Origin: Chloroflexota bacterium
Lineage (GTDB): Bacteria > Chloroflexota > Dormibacteria > CF-121
Direction: 5' to 3'
Assembly: GCA_005881215.1 (NCBI GenBank)
Contig: VBDZ01000003.1
Span: 1 to 58,560 of the forward strand
DNA length: 58,560 nt
The notes below the pieces were generated by a model. It worked only from the letters and a program-made list of their open reading frames with translations, was not told the origin of the DNA and did no database searches. Position 1 is the first letter of the stretch. Every line of letters begins with the position of its first letter. Positions 17,756 to 32,123 of the stretch are shown piece after piece. A program made the position numbers and the translations under genes.

Positions 17756-20020
17756 TCAGGCCGCTGTCGTCAGGTCGATCGCCTCGGGCACGGCCCGTTG
17801 CGGGATGGTGAACGTGAAAGTGCTGCCCAGCCCGGGCGAGCTCTTCACCCAGATCCGTCCGCCGTGCATCTCGACCAGCTGGCGAGAGATCGCCAGGCCG
17901 AGGCCCGTCCCCTGGTACTTACCGCTGATCCCGCTCTTTCCCTGTTGAAAGCTTTCGAAGATGCGCTCCGCATCCTCGGCCGGCACCCCGATGCCGGTGT
18001 CGCGCACGTTGATGCGCAGCTCCGCCCCCTGGCGCTCCGCCGTCACCCGGACGCTGCCGGATTCGGTGAACTTGATGGCGTTACCCAGCAGGTTCAGCAA
18101 CACCTGCTTGAGCTTTGGACCGTCGGCAAAGACCCGCCCCACCTCGGCGGAAACGCTGGCGCTAAGCTCCAGCCCCTTGGTCTTCGCCAGCGAGCTGACG
18201 CTTTCGACGCACTCCGAAATCAGGGGCTCGATGTCGACTTCGCCGCGGTGCAGCTGCGCCTTCCCCGCCTCCAGTTTCGAGATGTCGAGCAGGTCGTTGA
18301 TCAACGCCAGCAGGTGCTGACCGTTCTGGGCGATGATGTCGACGTCCTGCCGCTGCTCACGGGTGAGGACTCCCCCGTCCCCTTCGAGCATCAGCTGGGA
18401 GAAGCCGAGGATCGAGTTCAGCGGCGTGCGTAGCTCGTGGCTCATGTTGGCAAGAAATTCCGACTTGTGCTGATTCGCGCGATGGAGCTCGGTATTGACG
18501 GCCCCTAACCGGGCCGTCTGCTCGGTCGCCAGGTGGAACAGGTGCGCCTCCTGGATGGCGGTGGCGGCGTGCTGCGCGAACAGCGTCAGGAGCTCGATGG
18601 TGTTGCGGTCCAGCGGGCGCCGGTGGTACACAGCGAGCACCCCAAGCAGCTGGTCGCCGACGACGAGCGGGAAGCCGGCGAACGCCTGGATGCCTTCCTC
18701 CGCCATCCATGGGCTGAGTCCGACCTGACGGTGATTCGCCGGGTCGTTGGTGATGATGGGCACCCGCAGCTCGGCCACCTGGCCGACCTCACTCATGCCG
18801 CGCTCGACCCGGCTGGGGACCGGCGGGGCATTCCGGGTGGTGTGATGACCGGCTCGTCGCCAGAGCGCGCCGTCGCTCGGCTCGAGCAGCCACACCTGCG
18901 CCGCCGCGAAGCCGAGATTGCCGGTGAGCGCGCTGGCCACGATGTCGAGCAGCTCCGGCTCGAACAACTTCTGGTTCATCTGGTCGATCGATTGGTTCAG
19001 TAGCTCCAGGCGACGGGCGCGTTTCTCGGTCTCCTCGAAGAGCCGGACGTTCCGCAGGGCGACGGCCAGCTGCTGGGCCAGGACCTCGAGCGCCTCCACT
19101 TCCCATTTCGTCAGCCGGCGCTGATCGTCGCGAGTCTGCAGATGCAGGACGCCGAAGACCTTCCCATCGAGGATGACCGGCGTTCCGAACACGGCTGCAT
19201 AACGTGTCTGGTTGAGCGCCGGCGCGTCGAACAGGGGCGGCCGGGTGAGCATCGTAAAGCGCCGCTCCCGCACTGCCCGGCCCACGATCCCCTCCCCGGC
19301 GGAGATCGAGGATCCCTCGATGGCCTCGGGCAGGCCGACCGCCGCTCGCAGGGTGAAGACGCCGCGATCTTCGTCCAGGAGCACTACCGCGCCCGAGTCC
19401 ATCTGGAGCAGCTCCATACCGCAGCGGATGACGGTGTTCAACATGTGCGCCACGTCCAGCTGGCCGACCAGCTCGCCGAGCACGTCGCGGAGCTGCTCGG
19501 TCTGGTCGAGGCGCCGCCGCGTGCCCCGGATCTCGGTATTCATGGCCCGCACCGCCGCCCCCAGGCCGGTGATGACGGCGACGGTCGGGATCGCTCGCAG
19601 GACGGCGTCGCGCACCGAGATGGCCAGGCCCAGGTCGCTCGTCTGGAAGAGGATGATGCCACTGGTCAGAAACAGGCTGGTGCCGATCCCACCCCAGAGG
19701 TCGAACCGGAAGATCGCCTCGGCCGCCACCAGCGCGTAAAGCAGGTAAGGAAGGCTCGACGACGGCGTAGCGAACAGCAGGATCCAGCCGCTCACCACCA
19801 GGTGATCGAGTACCAGCAGGAGGACGGCCATCGGTCGGGCGAAGCGAGGGACCGCCTTCTTCTGGATGGCCAGCGCGGCGACCCCGTTGCACGCCCCCAG
19901 GAGTCCGGCCAGCACGACGGTGATCGGCACCGAGGCGGAGGGCAGCCAGAGCAGCAGGCCGAAGGGAATGGCCAGCGCGACGAAGCGGAGCCTGACGAAT
20001 TGGCGATCGAGGGCAGTCAT
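17756..20020 (-). CDS. Membrane sensor histidine kinase: TM sensor, two GAF domains, HisKA and HATPase
   Basis: About 5 TM; two GAF-like segments; EFLANMSHELRTPLN, NLLGNAIKFT, DTGIG, GTGLGL. Confidence 0.93.
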   Translation of the reverse strand: MTALDRQFVRLRFVALAIPFGLLLWLPSASVPITVVLAGLLGACNGVAALAIQKKAVPRFARPMAVLLLVLDHLVVSGWILLFATPSSSLPYLLYALVAAEAIFRFDLWGGIGTSLFLTSGIILFQTSDLGLAISVRDAVLRAIPTVAVITGLGAAVRAMNTEIRGTRRRLDQTEQLRDVLGELVGQLDVAHMLNTVIRCGMELLQMDSGAVVLLDEDRGVFTLRAAVGLPEAIEGSSISAGEGIVGRAVRERRFTMLTRPPLFDAPALNQTRYAAVFGTPVILDGKVFGVLHLQTRDDQRRLTKWEVEALEVLAQQLAVALRNVRLFEETEKRARRLELLNQSIDQMNQKLFEPELLDIVASALTGNLGFAAAQVWLLEPSDGALWRRAGHHTTRNAPPVPSRVERGMSEVGQVAELRVPIITNDPANHRQVGLSPWMAEEGIQAFAGFPLVVGDQLLGVLAVYHRRPLDRNTIELLTLFAQHAATAIQEAHLFHLATEQTARLGAVNTELHRANQHKSEFLANMSHELRTPLNSILGFSQLMLEGDGGVLTREQRQDVDIIAQNGQHLLALINDLLDISKLEAGKAQLHRGEVDIEPLISECVESVSSLAKTKGLELSASVSAEVGRVFADGPKLKQVLLNLLGNAIKFTESGSVRVTAERQGAELRINVRDTGIGVPAEDAERIFESFQQGKSGISGKYQGTGLGLAISRQLVEMHGGRIWVKSSPGLGSTFTFTIPQRAVPEAIDLTTAA

Positions 20021-20035
20021 CCGAGCCCCCGAAGC

Positions 20036-22483
20036 CTAGGCGGCCTGGGTGGTTTGAAGGTTGTTGATCATCTCGAGGAAGCGGTCCTTGCCGAAGTCCC
20101 CCTTCTGGATGATCGACTGGATATTCCCCTGCAGGCGCTCGCGATCCTCGCTGGTGATGTTTTTCGCCGTATAGATAAGGATGGGGATCTGGCTGGCGGC
20201 CGGGTCCTCCCGCAGTTTCGACACCACTTCGAAGCCGTCGACATCCGGCATCATCAGATCGAGGATGATCAGGTCAGGCTTCTTCTTCAGAGCCAACTCG
20301 AGGCCGGCCTTGCCACCGTCGGCAACGATGACCTCCATGTTGAACGGCTTGAGCATGGCCTTCACCAGCCGGATGTTCTGCGGGTCGTCATCGACGATCA
20401 GGATCGATGACGGCGTTTTCTTCCCCCGCTTGCCATCGGCCAGGAGGTCGAACTTCACCATCATCTGCAGCAGCTGCTGCCGGTCGATCGGCTTGGTGAG
20501 GAAGTCGGCCTGACCGATGTCGAACGGCAGCGATTCTTTGTTGATCTTTGAGGTGAGTACGATCGGAATGTCCTTCGTCTTCGACTCGCGACGCAGGTCG
20601 TAGACGAGGCCACTGCCACCGTTGGGCGGCAGCTGGGTGTCGATCAATACGGCGAGCGGCTGCAGCTGCACCGCTTTGCGTAGCGCCTCCTGGGCACTGG
20701 CCGCGATCACCACCTCGTAGCCCGCGTGGCTGAGGAACGGCTCGATCCGCTCCTTGACCGCCGGGTCGTTGTCGGCCACCAGGATGACGGGCGGCTTGCT
20801 GCCGCCACCCACGGGTGGCATCATCTGGACCGGCCGCTCCTGGATGCCGGCCTCCTGCTTGGCGAACTCGATCAGCTCGCGGATGTGCTCGACCAGGCGC
20901 TTGCCACTCTCGTTGATGTGGGCCACGAATTCCCGACGTTCCTCCGGCGTCGTCTTGTTCGCTTTCTCGTCGAGCAGGATCTCGGAGAAGCCGATGATCG
21001 CATTGAGCGGCGAATTGAGGTCGTGGCTCTGGTCGTAGATCACCCGGAACTTCGCCTCGAAGTCGCGCTTCGCCTGGGTGAGCGCCGGCGCCGCATCCTT
21101 GTTCTTTCCACTAGCCGAAAGCTCGGTCTTGAGCCCGTCGAGCTGCGCCTGCATGGCGCGCTTTTCGGCCTCGTAGCGGGCCAGCACCTGGCTGGTTGGC
21201 GGACCGCTGCCGGCGGCCTTGCGGGCCTCCTCCAGCTGGAGCTTGAGCGAGGCCTTCTCCCGATGCCAGGCCTGCTCCAGCTCCTTCGCCTCGTTGGCGC
21301 GCCGGCTGTGGAGCTCGTTGGTCTCGGCCATCATCTCTGAGAGCTGCCCCTGGACCCGCTCCAGGTCGACTTTCAACTGGTTCTTCTCGGAGGTGAGCCG
21401 CTGCTCCCGGCCCGTCCACGCTTCGGCCTTGCGGCCGGTTTCGCCGGCGAGATCCGCGTGCAGCGCCTTGATCTTCTCGTAGTCCTGCTGCATGGCCGCC
21501 AGCTTCGCCACCGCGTCCTGCACTTGCTTCTTGAGTCCGGCTTTCTCCTCGGCGACGGAGGCTTCCCGGCTCTGCCAGTCCTTCTCCAGCGCCTTGACCT
21601 TGGTCAGCAGCGCCGAGCGCTCGTCGCTGAGCCGCTGGAACTCCGCCTCGGCCTTGTCGAGGTCGGCGGCCTTTTTGCGCGCCTCGTCCAGCTGTCCCTG
21701 GAGCAGCTTGCGATCCGCCTTGAACTGGGCGTCCGCCGCCTGGCTCCCCTGCTCCAGCCGGGCCACGTCGGCGATCAGCCGCTGGCGCTCGGCCTGCCAT
21801 TTCTCGCGTGCCGCCTTGAGCGGCTCGATCTCCGCCTGCACGGCTTTGAGCTGTTGCTGCAGCTGGGCGCTCAGGTCGGTCAGCCGGGTTTTGTCCTGGG
21901 TGAGCTGGGCCCGGGCCTTCTGCCATTCCTGTTCCAGCTCCGCCTGCTTGCCGACGGCGGCATCGCGGTCCTTGAGCAGGGTCTCGCGGTCCATCGCCCA
22001 CTGGAGCTGAGCGGACTGCAGCGTGTCGAGGTCCTCCTGGGCGAGCTTGAGGTCGGACCGGATCTTCTTCTGGTCGTTCTCGAATTTTTGCGCCGCCTGC
22101 ATCCGCTCCTGTTCGAGCTGGCGGAGCTGGCCGCGCCGCTCCTCGTCGCGGCTCTTGGATCGAGTGACGTCATCCTTCAGCCGGCCGAGCTCGACCTCGG
22201 CTCGGTCGTGACTCTGCTGCAGGTCCTGGTGCCCCTGCTTGAGGGCCTCATGCTGGTCGAGCAGCGCCTGGCGATCCATGGCCCACTGCAGCTGCGCGTT
22301 CTGGAGTTCGTCCAGCTCCTGCTGCTTTTCGGCCAGCTGGCGCTTGGTCAGGGCAAGCTCTTTCTCCTTCTCTTCGAGCTGGCCGCCGATGTCTTCCTGC
22401 AGCGCCTGGAGATGGGTGATGAACTCCTGGTTCTGTTGCAGGATGTCGGCGAACGACTTCGCCTTGGGCGCTTCGGGAGCCAT
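20036..22483 (-). CDS. ~490-aa coiled coil, HisKA/DHp without HATPase, two receiver domains
   Basis: Heptad-rich K/E/Q/L N-terminus; QSHDLNSPLNAIIGFSEILL; a short linker leads directly to two receivers (LIDTQL..TKP; ILDLMMP..QKG); no N/G1/G2 boxes. Confidence 0.88.
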   Translation of the reverse strand: MAPEAPKAKSFADILQQNQEFITHLQALQEDIGGQLEEKEKELALTKRQLAEKQQELDELQNAQLQWAMDRQALLDQHEALKQGHQDLQQSHDRAEVELGRLKDDVTRSKSRDEERRGQLRQLEQERMQAAQKFENDQKKIRSDLKLAQEDLDTLQSAQLQWAMDRETLLKDRDAAVGKQAELEQEWQKARAQLTQDKTRLTDLSAQLQQQLKAVQAEIEPLKAAREKWQAERQRLIADVARLEQGSQAADAQFKADRKLLQGQLDEARKKAADLDKAEAEFQRLSDERSALLTKVKALEKDWQSREASVAEEKAGLKKQVQDAVAKLAAMQQDYEKIKALHADLAGETGRKAEAWTGREQRLTSEKNQLKVDLERVQGQLSEMMAETNELHSRRANEAKELEQAWHREKASLKLQLEEARKAAGSGPPTSQVLARYEAEKRAMQAQLDGLKTELSASGKNKDAAPALTQAKRDFEAKFRVIYDQSHDLNSPLNAIIGFSEILLDEKANKTTPEERREFVAHINESGKRLVEHIRELIEFAKQEAGIQERPVQMMPPVGGGSKPPVILVADNDPAVKERIEPFLSHAGYEVVIAASAQEALRKAVQLQPLAVLIDTQLPPNGGSGLVYDLRRESKTKDIPIVLTSKINKESLPFDIGQADFLTKPIDRQQLLQMMVKFDLLADGKRGKKTPSSILIVDDDPQNIRLVKAMLKPFNMEVIVADGGKAGLELALKKKPDLIILDLMMPDVDGFEVVSKLREDPAASQIPILIYTAKNITSEDRERLQGNIQSIIQKGDFGKDRFLEMINNLQTTQAA

Positions 22484-22848
22484 CAGGCCGCCTTCCGACC
22501 TTGCTGGAGGTAGCGCTCGACCGCCGCGCGCATGGCATCGAGGTGGGCGCTCATCGCCCCCAGCTGATCGACCCGTTCCTGTTCGAGCTGGCGGAGCTGT
22601 TCGTGCCGCTCGCTGTCGCGCTGGTTGGCGTGCCGCAACTCCTCCTGGAGGCGGGCGATTTCGGCCTGGGCCTGGTCGTGGGAAAACTTGAGCTCATCGA
22701 GTTCCTTTTTGCGCGCCTCGTGCTCGTCGACCAGGCCCTGGAGATTGGCGACCAGCTCCTGGTTGAGCTGCAGGATCTGCGTGTAAGGATGGCTGGACTT
22801 CGACAGAGACTCCCCCATTCGGCTGGGCTTCGAGGGCTGCTCGCTCAT
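22483..22848 (-). CDS. 121-aa coiled-coil protein paralogous to the N-terminus of the 815-aa neighbour
   Basis: MSEQPSKP..YTQILQLNQELVANLQGL..SHDQAQAEIARL..RDSERHEQLRQLEQER..; TGATG overlaps at both ends. Confidence 0.85.
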   Translation of the reverse strand: MSEQPSKPSRMGESLSKSSHPYTQILQLNQELVANLQGLVDEHEARKKELDELKFSHDQAQAEIARLQEELRHANQRDSERHEQLRQLEQERVDQLGAMSAHLDAMRAAVERYLQQGRKAA

Positions 22849-23202
22849 CAGGCGGTCTTCAGCCGTCCCTGTTGCAGGTAGCGGGTTACCTCCCCGGGGA
22901 GGCCCTGGGGATCGACCGGCTTGGGGATGTAGCCGTCGCATCCGGCGCCCAGGATCTTCTCCCGGTCCCCGGCCATGGCATGGGCGGTCAGCGCCACGAC
23001 CACCACCCCGGCCAACCGCGCGTCGGAGCGGATCTTGCGGGTAACCGCCAGGCCGTCCTCCCCGGGAAGCTGGATATCCATCAGGACGATGTCGGGCAGC
23101 TCGCGGGTCATTTCGGCCAGGCATTCCGCGCCGCTGCCCGCCTTGCGCACCGAAAAGCCCTTCTTTTCCAGGAGGAACTGGGCCAGGCGCAAATTTACCG
23201 GG

Positions 23203-27695
<4,493 letters not shown>

Positions 27696-27849
27696 AGTGC
27701 GCGCACTGATTTGACGCGGATGGAGGGCATTGCTTCGCCGATCGGGGGCCGTGCCCGGCCGTCGGTGGCCGCGGTTTACAAAGGTTTACTGGACCGTCGC
27801 CCGTCCCGAACCGCCCGGGCGCGCTTTGGGCCTTTGCTACTCTCTAGAC

Positions 27850-28320
27850 GTGCAGCGGGAGACGGCCTTCAATGTATCGGCGATCAAGGACACGGTCCTT
27901 CGATCGATCAAGTTGAACCAGCAGGCCTACAACAATCGCGACGCCGATGTGTTGCGCGAGGTCTACCTGGAGCCGATGCTCTCCCAGGTTGCACACGACC
28001 TGTCCGGTGACTTCGAATCCTTTCCGGCCGCTCGGCTGGACATCACCTGCGAGGTGCTCGACGTCTCCTACACCGCCTACCTGCAGATCGGCAAGGTGGA
28101 GCTGTCCGCGTACGGGTTGGAGGCGAGTCCGCAAAACGTCAACGTGACGACCAAGGAGGAGTGGATCTACCGGTTGGTTCCTGACGCCGAAAAGGGAGTG
28201 GGCCTCGGCCGGCGCACCACCCATCGCTTCCTTGGCTACTACCACTACACCCTGGTCGACATCGATGGCCGGTGGTGGATCACCGACGTTCAATCCGCCT
28301 CTGAGATCTGGCTCCCCTAG
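27850..28320 (+). CDS. Hypothetical protein, possibly NTF2/SnoaL-like, divergent from the phosphorelay operon
   Basis: TACTCT 6 nt before GTG 27850; AYNNRDADVL...YTLVDIDGRWWITDV. Confidence 0.6.
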   Translation: MQRETAFNVSAIKDTVLRSIKLNQQAYNNRDADVLREVYLEPMLSQVAHDLSGDFESFPAARLDITCEVLDVSYTAYLQIGKVELSAYGLEASPQNVNVTTKEEWIYRLVPDAEKGVGLGRRTTHRFLGYYHYTLVDIDGRWWITDVQSASEIWLP

Positions 28321-28372
28321 CCGCCGACGCGGCTAGCAACACGCCGCTGCCGGACGCCAGACGGCCCCAGTA

Positions 28373-29542
28373 TTACGCAGCGATGCCGGCGCGCCTCGCG
28401 GCTGCCCGCGCGCCCTGCCGGCGGTTAATGGCAAAGGCCAGGAGGGCGACGAGCCAGACACACTCGAGGAGGAGGAATGGACCGTGCATGAAAAGGGCGT
28501 TCGCAAAGAAGAAGGGTAAGTACGCCACGACCATCAATGCCTTGAGCCATCCGGGCGGAGCGAGTCGAAGAATCAGCCATGCAGCGATGAGAAGGGCGGC
28601 GAGATCGGGCACGCTGAGATAGGGCGTGGCCAGCACGGACCCGGATAGCCCCGCCGCGATAGGGAGTTCGCTGCCTTCGCGAGCCGCGAGCCGGGCGATC
28701 AGAAGGGCGACGCCCGCCGCCGTGACGTTGACGGCGGTGGCGAGTGGACCGGGCCCGATCACTGAGGCGACGCTATTGAATCGAATCCCAGGGAGCTGGT
28801 AGGCGACGGCGATGGCGTGCTGCCAGTCATGGAGGCCTTGAAACCCCAGGGCCAGAACGGACAGGCCCGCGAGGGCGATGGTGAAAAGCGCCCAGACGGC
28901 GAAGACCCGGACCCGCCCGGCGAAGAGGAGTGCGACGGGTACCAGGAAGCTTGACTGCGGTTTCACGGCGATCAGGGCCAGCGCCGCAGCCGCCAGCAGC
29001 GGCCGGTCACGGTGCAGGAGCCACCAGCTGAGACTCACGCCGGCCAAGACGACAAAGGTGGGCTGTCCAAGGGCCAGTCCAAGGGCAACCGGATAGAGGG
29101 CAAAGCCGGCGGCTAACAGAGTGAGACGACGAGCTGCGGAGCCGGGGGCCAGGAGCCGCCAGCAGAGCAGAAAACAGCCAATCAGGAAGCCATCCCAAAT
29201 GGTGAGCGCGGCCGGGTATGGGAGCAGGCTGAGCGGAGCCAGCAGCCACGCGAGCACCGGTGTGTGCTGAAAGGGAAACCAGTTACCCGTCGCGGCGTAC
29301 AGCGCCGGCATGGAAAGCGAGGTGTTGTACATCTCTGCCCAGCCATGGGTCAAACCAGTGCGAGCCGCAAAGTAGAAGTCGGAGAAATCGAGCTGCCAGG
29401 GCGTTTTGATGACGAACGTGAGGTACTGAATAACGTCGAAGCCGAAGAGGACGAGAACAACGGACAGCGCCGCCACCCGGGCTCGACGCCAGCGGGGTTG
29501 GGAAAGGTCGACGGTCCAGGAGCGAAGGCGCGCCAGGTGCAC
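28373..29542 (-). CDS. GT-C (GT87/DUF2029-like) membrane glycosyltransferase
   Basis: DFSDFY, F.HTP, GQPT, KPQ, many TM segments. Confidence 0.8.
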   Translation of the reverse strand: MHLARLRSWTVDLSQPRWRRARVAALSVVLVLFGFDVIQYLTFVIKTPWQLDFSDFYFAARTGLTHGWAEMYNTSLSMPALYAATGNWFPFQHTPVLAWLLAPLSLLPYPAALTIWDGFLIGCFLLCWRLLAPGSAARRLTLLAAGFALYPVALGLALGQPTFVVLAGVSLSWWLLHRDRPLLAAAALALIAVKPQSSFLVPVALLFAGRVRVFAVWALFTIALAGLSVLALGFQGLHDWQHAIAVAYQLPGIRFNSVASVIGPGPLATAVNVTAAGVALLIARLAAREGSELPIAAGLSGSVLATPYLSVPDLAALLIAAWLILRLAPPGWLKALMVVAYLPFFFANALFMHGPFLLLECVWLVALLAFAINRRQGARAAARRAGIAA

Positions 29543-29546
29543 CGAG

Positions 29547-30314
29547 TTAATGGCCGAGGGGCCGCTCAGCTAACGCCAGGAGCGAGACGCCCACCGGTAA
29601 GTCGACGAACCGCAGTACCGCAGCCTCGGCACTGAAGGTAGCCGCCATCAAGTTGTTGAAGAGGCCGGGTTTTGTCATCGAAAAGTCGGACTTCAGCTCG
29701 GAGGGATCGGACCTCCGCCCGCCGCCGGCCAGTCGCGTGGCAACTCGCCGGGTGATGCGGACCGCCGCAATGCCCGGGAAAAGAATCGTATTGAAGGCAG
29801 TCAGTCGCCGCGGAGTGAGACCAGCGTCGGCGATCGCCTGCCTCAGCGATCGGCGGCTGTAGCGCCGGCGATGATGGCTGATCTCGTCCTGGCGACCCCA
29901 CATCCAGCCGTATGCCGGCACCGTCACGGCAATCAGGCCGGCTGGACGGGCGACGCGGGCCATTTCGCGAAGCGCTTTGACGTCATCGTCGAGATGCTCA
30001 AGGACGTCGAACGCTGTGACCAGGTCGAAACTCCCGTCCGCAAACGGAACAGCCTCGGCAGTGCCGTACGCAAAACTCATGCCGGCCCGCCGCGCCACGC
30101 TCGCCGCGCATCGCACGTCGATATCGCAGGCGGTTACGCTGCCGAATTCGAGAAGGGCCTGGGCCACCGCGCCTCCTCCGGAACCGATGTCGATGATGCG
30201 GGCCGGCGGCCGCATGCGGGGGCGCAGTAGGGTCGCGATGATCTGTCGGCGTCCGCGGAACCACCAGTGGGTGTCTTCGATGCTGACATACTCGTCGTAG
30301 AGGCTACTTTCCAC
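29547..30314 (-). CDS. Class I SAM-dependent methyltransferase
   Basis: EDTHWWFRGRR, IDIGSGGG, FDVLEHL, TVPA..W..G.QDE..HH.RRY. Confidence 0.88.
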   Translation of the reverse strand: MESSLYDEYVSIEDTHWWFRGRRQIIATLLRPRMRPPARIIDIGSGGGAVAQALLEFGSVTACDIDVRCAASVARRAGMSFAYGTAEAVPFADGSFDLVTAFDVLEHLDDDVKALREMARVARPAGLIAVTVPAYGWMWGRQDEISHHRRRYSRRSLRQAIADAGLTPRRLTAFNTILFPGIAAVRITRRVATRLAGGGRRSDPSELKSDFSMTKPGLFNNLMAATFSAEAAVLRFVDLPVGVSLLALAERPLGH

Positions 30315-31233
30315 CGTCCGCCTCGCGACTCTCCGGTCGTTCTTCGCGATGGGCTGGGGCCGACCTGGGGGTTAGCTCGCGGACGATATCCTGGCCGGTC
30401 AAGCGACGCGGGCACACCGGCTCGATCCGTTCCCGCCGACCGACCAGCGCGGGAACATAGATCCGTAACCACATCCGTGCCACCGTGCGCAGGGTGCTGA
30501 AGATGTGACTGGCTCGGATGCTGCTCTCGCCGGCCCGCCGCGGGTAGTGCTTCACGCCCTTTTGCAGGATGCGGAAGTTCCACTTCCTCGCCTTGGCCAC
30601 CATTTCGGTGTCGATGAAAAAATCGGTAGTCTCGAGATCGATGGCTTCCAACACCTCACGGCGGAAAAGCTTGAACGAGCAGTCGACGTCCCGGACGCGC
30701 GCCCGGAAGACGGCGCTAACCAGCCGGTTGTAGACCCAGGAGAGGAGACAACGCAGCACCGGGTCGTACCGGTAGACCCGAAAGCCGATGGCGACGTCGG
30801 TTCGCTCCATGACGGGCAGGAAAAACCGCAGTTCGCTTAGATCGAACTGCCGGTCGCTGTCCGTGTAAAAGATCAGGTCGCCCTGGGCGGCATGAAATCC
30901 AGCCCGTAATGCGACGCCGTAGCCGCGATTCTCCGGAAAGCTGATCAGGCGGACCCGAGCCTGCTGCTGGCTGATGCGCGTCACCCGCTGGGCTGTCGTG
31001 TCCTGGCTGCCGTCATCCACCACGATGACCTCCCAGGCAGGCGTCACCGACGCGGCGACCTCGCAAGCTTCCTCCAGCGCGCCCTCAATGTTCTGCTCCT
31101 CGTTGTAGGCGGGCATCACGATGGAGAGGGATGACGACGTTACCCACGTCGGCCAGGGGCCTGAGATGACGCCTTTGTCGTTCGGGCGCGGGGGATTCAC
31201 AGTGCCCACCAGACAACGGCAGGGAATGAGCAA
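30304..31233 (-). CDS. GT2 polyprenol-phosphate glycosyltransferase (DPM1-like); start uncertain
   Basis: SIVMPAYNEE, VVDDGSQD, NRGYG.AL..G, YTDSDRQF, DVDCSFKLFRR. Confidence 0.88.
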   Translation of the reverse strand: MLIPCRCLVGTVNPPRPNDKGVISGPWPTWVTSSSLSIVMPAYNEEQNIEGALEEACEVAASVTPAWEVIVVDDGSQDTTAQRVTRISQQQARVRLISFPENRGYGVALRAGFHAAQGDLIFYTDSDRQFDLSELRFFLPVMERTDVAIGFRVYRYDPVLRCLLSWVYNRLVSAVFRARVRDVDCSFKLFRREVLEAIDLETTDFFIDTEMVAKARKWNFRILQKGVKHYPRRAGESSIRASHIFSTLRTVARMWLRIYVPALVGRRERIEPVCPRRLTGQDIVRELTPRSAPAHREERPESREADGGK

Positions 31234-31256
31234 ACTTGTGATCGCGCGGACGACCG

Positions 31257-31685
31257 TCAGGCGTCGCGGGAGCGGGTCGAGGCAGCCGAATGAGCCGCGT
31301 CGAGGTCCTGGGCGAGTTGCCTGACCCGACGGTCGAGGTCCACCCGGAGGGCGCGAACCTGGTCCAAGGGCTTGCCTGCCGGGTCGCTAAGATCCCAGTC
31401 GACATACGTTTTTCCCGGAATGACTGGGCACTCGTCACCGCAGCCCATCGTCACGACCACGTCGGCCCAGCGAGCCAGGTCATCGGTGAGCGGCGCCGGC
31501 CGCTTCTGAGAGAGATCGATCCCCACCTCGCGCATCGCCTCCACCACCGCCGGATGCACCTGCTCGGCCGGGCGGGTGCCGGCGGACCTCGATTCATGCC
31601 GGCCCCCAGCCGCGCGCTGAAATAGCGCCTCGCTCATTTGCGACCGTCCCGCATTCTGGTGGCAGACGAACAGCACCCGGGCCAT
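31257..31685 (-). CDS. arsC: LMW-PTP-fold arsenate reductase
   Basis: VLFVCHQNAGRSQM, SAGT.P, VTMGCGDECP, WDLSDP; downstream of arsR. Confidence 0.88.
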   Translation of the reverse strand: MARVLFVCHQNAGRSQMSEALFQRAAGGRHESRSAGTRPAEQVHPAVVEAMREVGIDLSQKRPAPLTDDLARWADVVVTMGCGDECPVIPGKTYVDWDLSDPAGKPLDQVRALRVDLDRRVRQLAQDLDAAHSAASTRSRDA

Positions 31686-31691
31686 GGCGGG

Positions 31692-32030
31692 CTAGACGAG
31701 CACGTCGAGCAGGGCACGGGTCTTCGATTCGAGGTGAGGGTTCAAGCGGTAATACGCCCAGATCCCATCCTTGGTCACCTCGACCAGGCCGGCCTCGCGC
31801 AGCCTCCCCATGTGATGAGAGATGGTCGGCTGGCTCAGGTCGAAGGCGGCTGTGAAGTCGCAGATGCACACCGGCCGCGCCGAGCGCTTCAGCACGCCGA
31901 TCATCTGTAACCGGGTCGGATCCGCCAGGGCCTTGAGCACGTCAACCGATGCCTCCACCTTCGTCAGCGCCCGGGGGATCGACGGCGGGCTGCGCACGCC
32001 TTTGACCCGTTCCGGCAGCGCCGTCTCCAC
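31692..32030 (-). CDS. arsR: ArsR/SmtB family transcriptional repressor
   Basis: LKALADPTRL, CICDF, LSQPTISHH...LREAGLV; TAGACT 6 nt before GTG. Confidence 0.9.
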   Translation of the reverse strand: METALPERVKGVRSPPSIPRALTKVEASVDVLKALADPTRLQMIGVLKRSARPVCICDFTAAFDLSQPTISHHMGRLREAGLVEVTKDGIWAYYRLNPHLESKTRALLDVLV

Positions 32031-32123
32031 GGGTGCAGTCTAGCAGTTCCATTGACATCTGTCTATGCGTCTGCTAGCATTCCATCGACAACCGTCGATC
32101 TCTCAAAAGCAAGGGGTGTGCGC

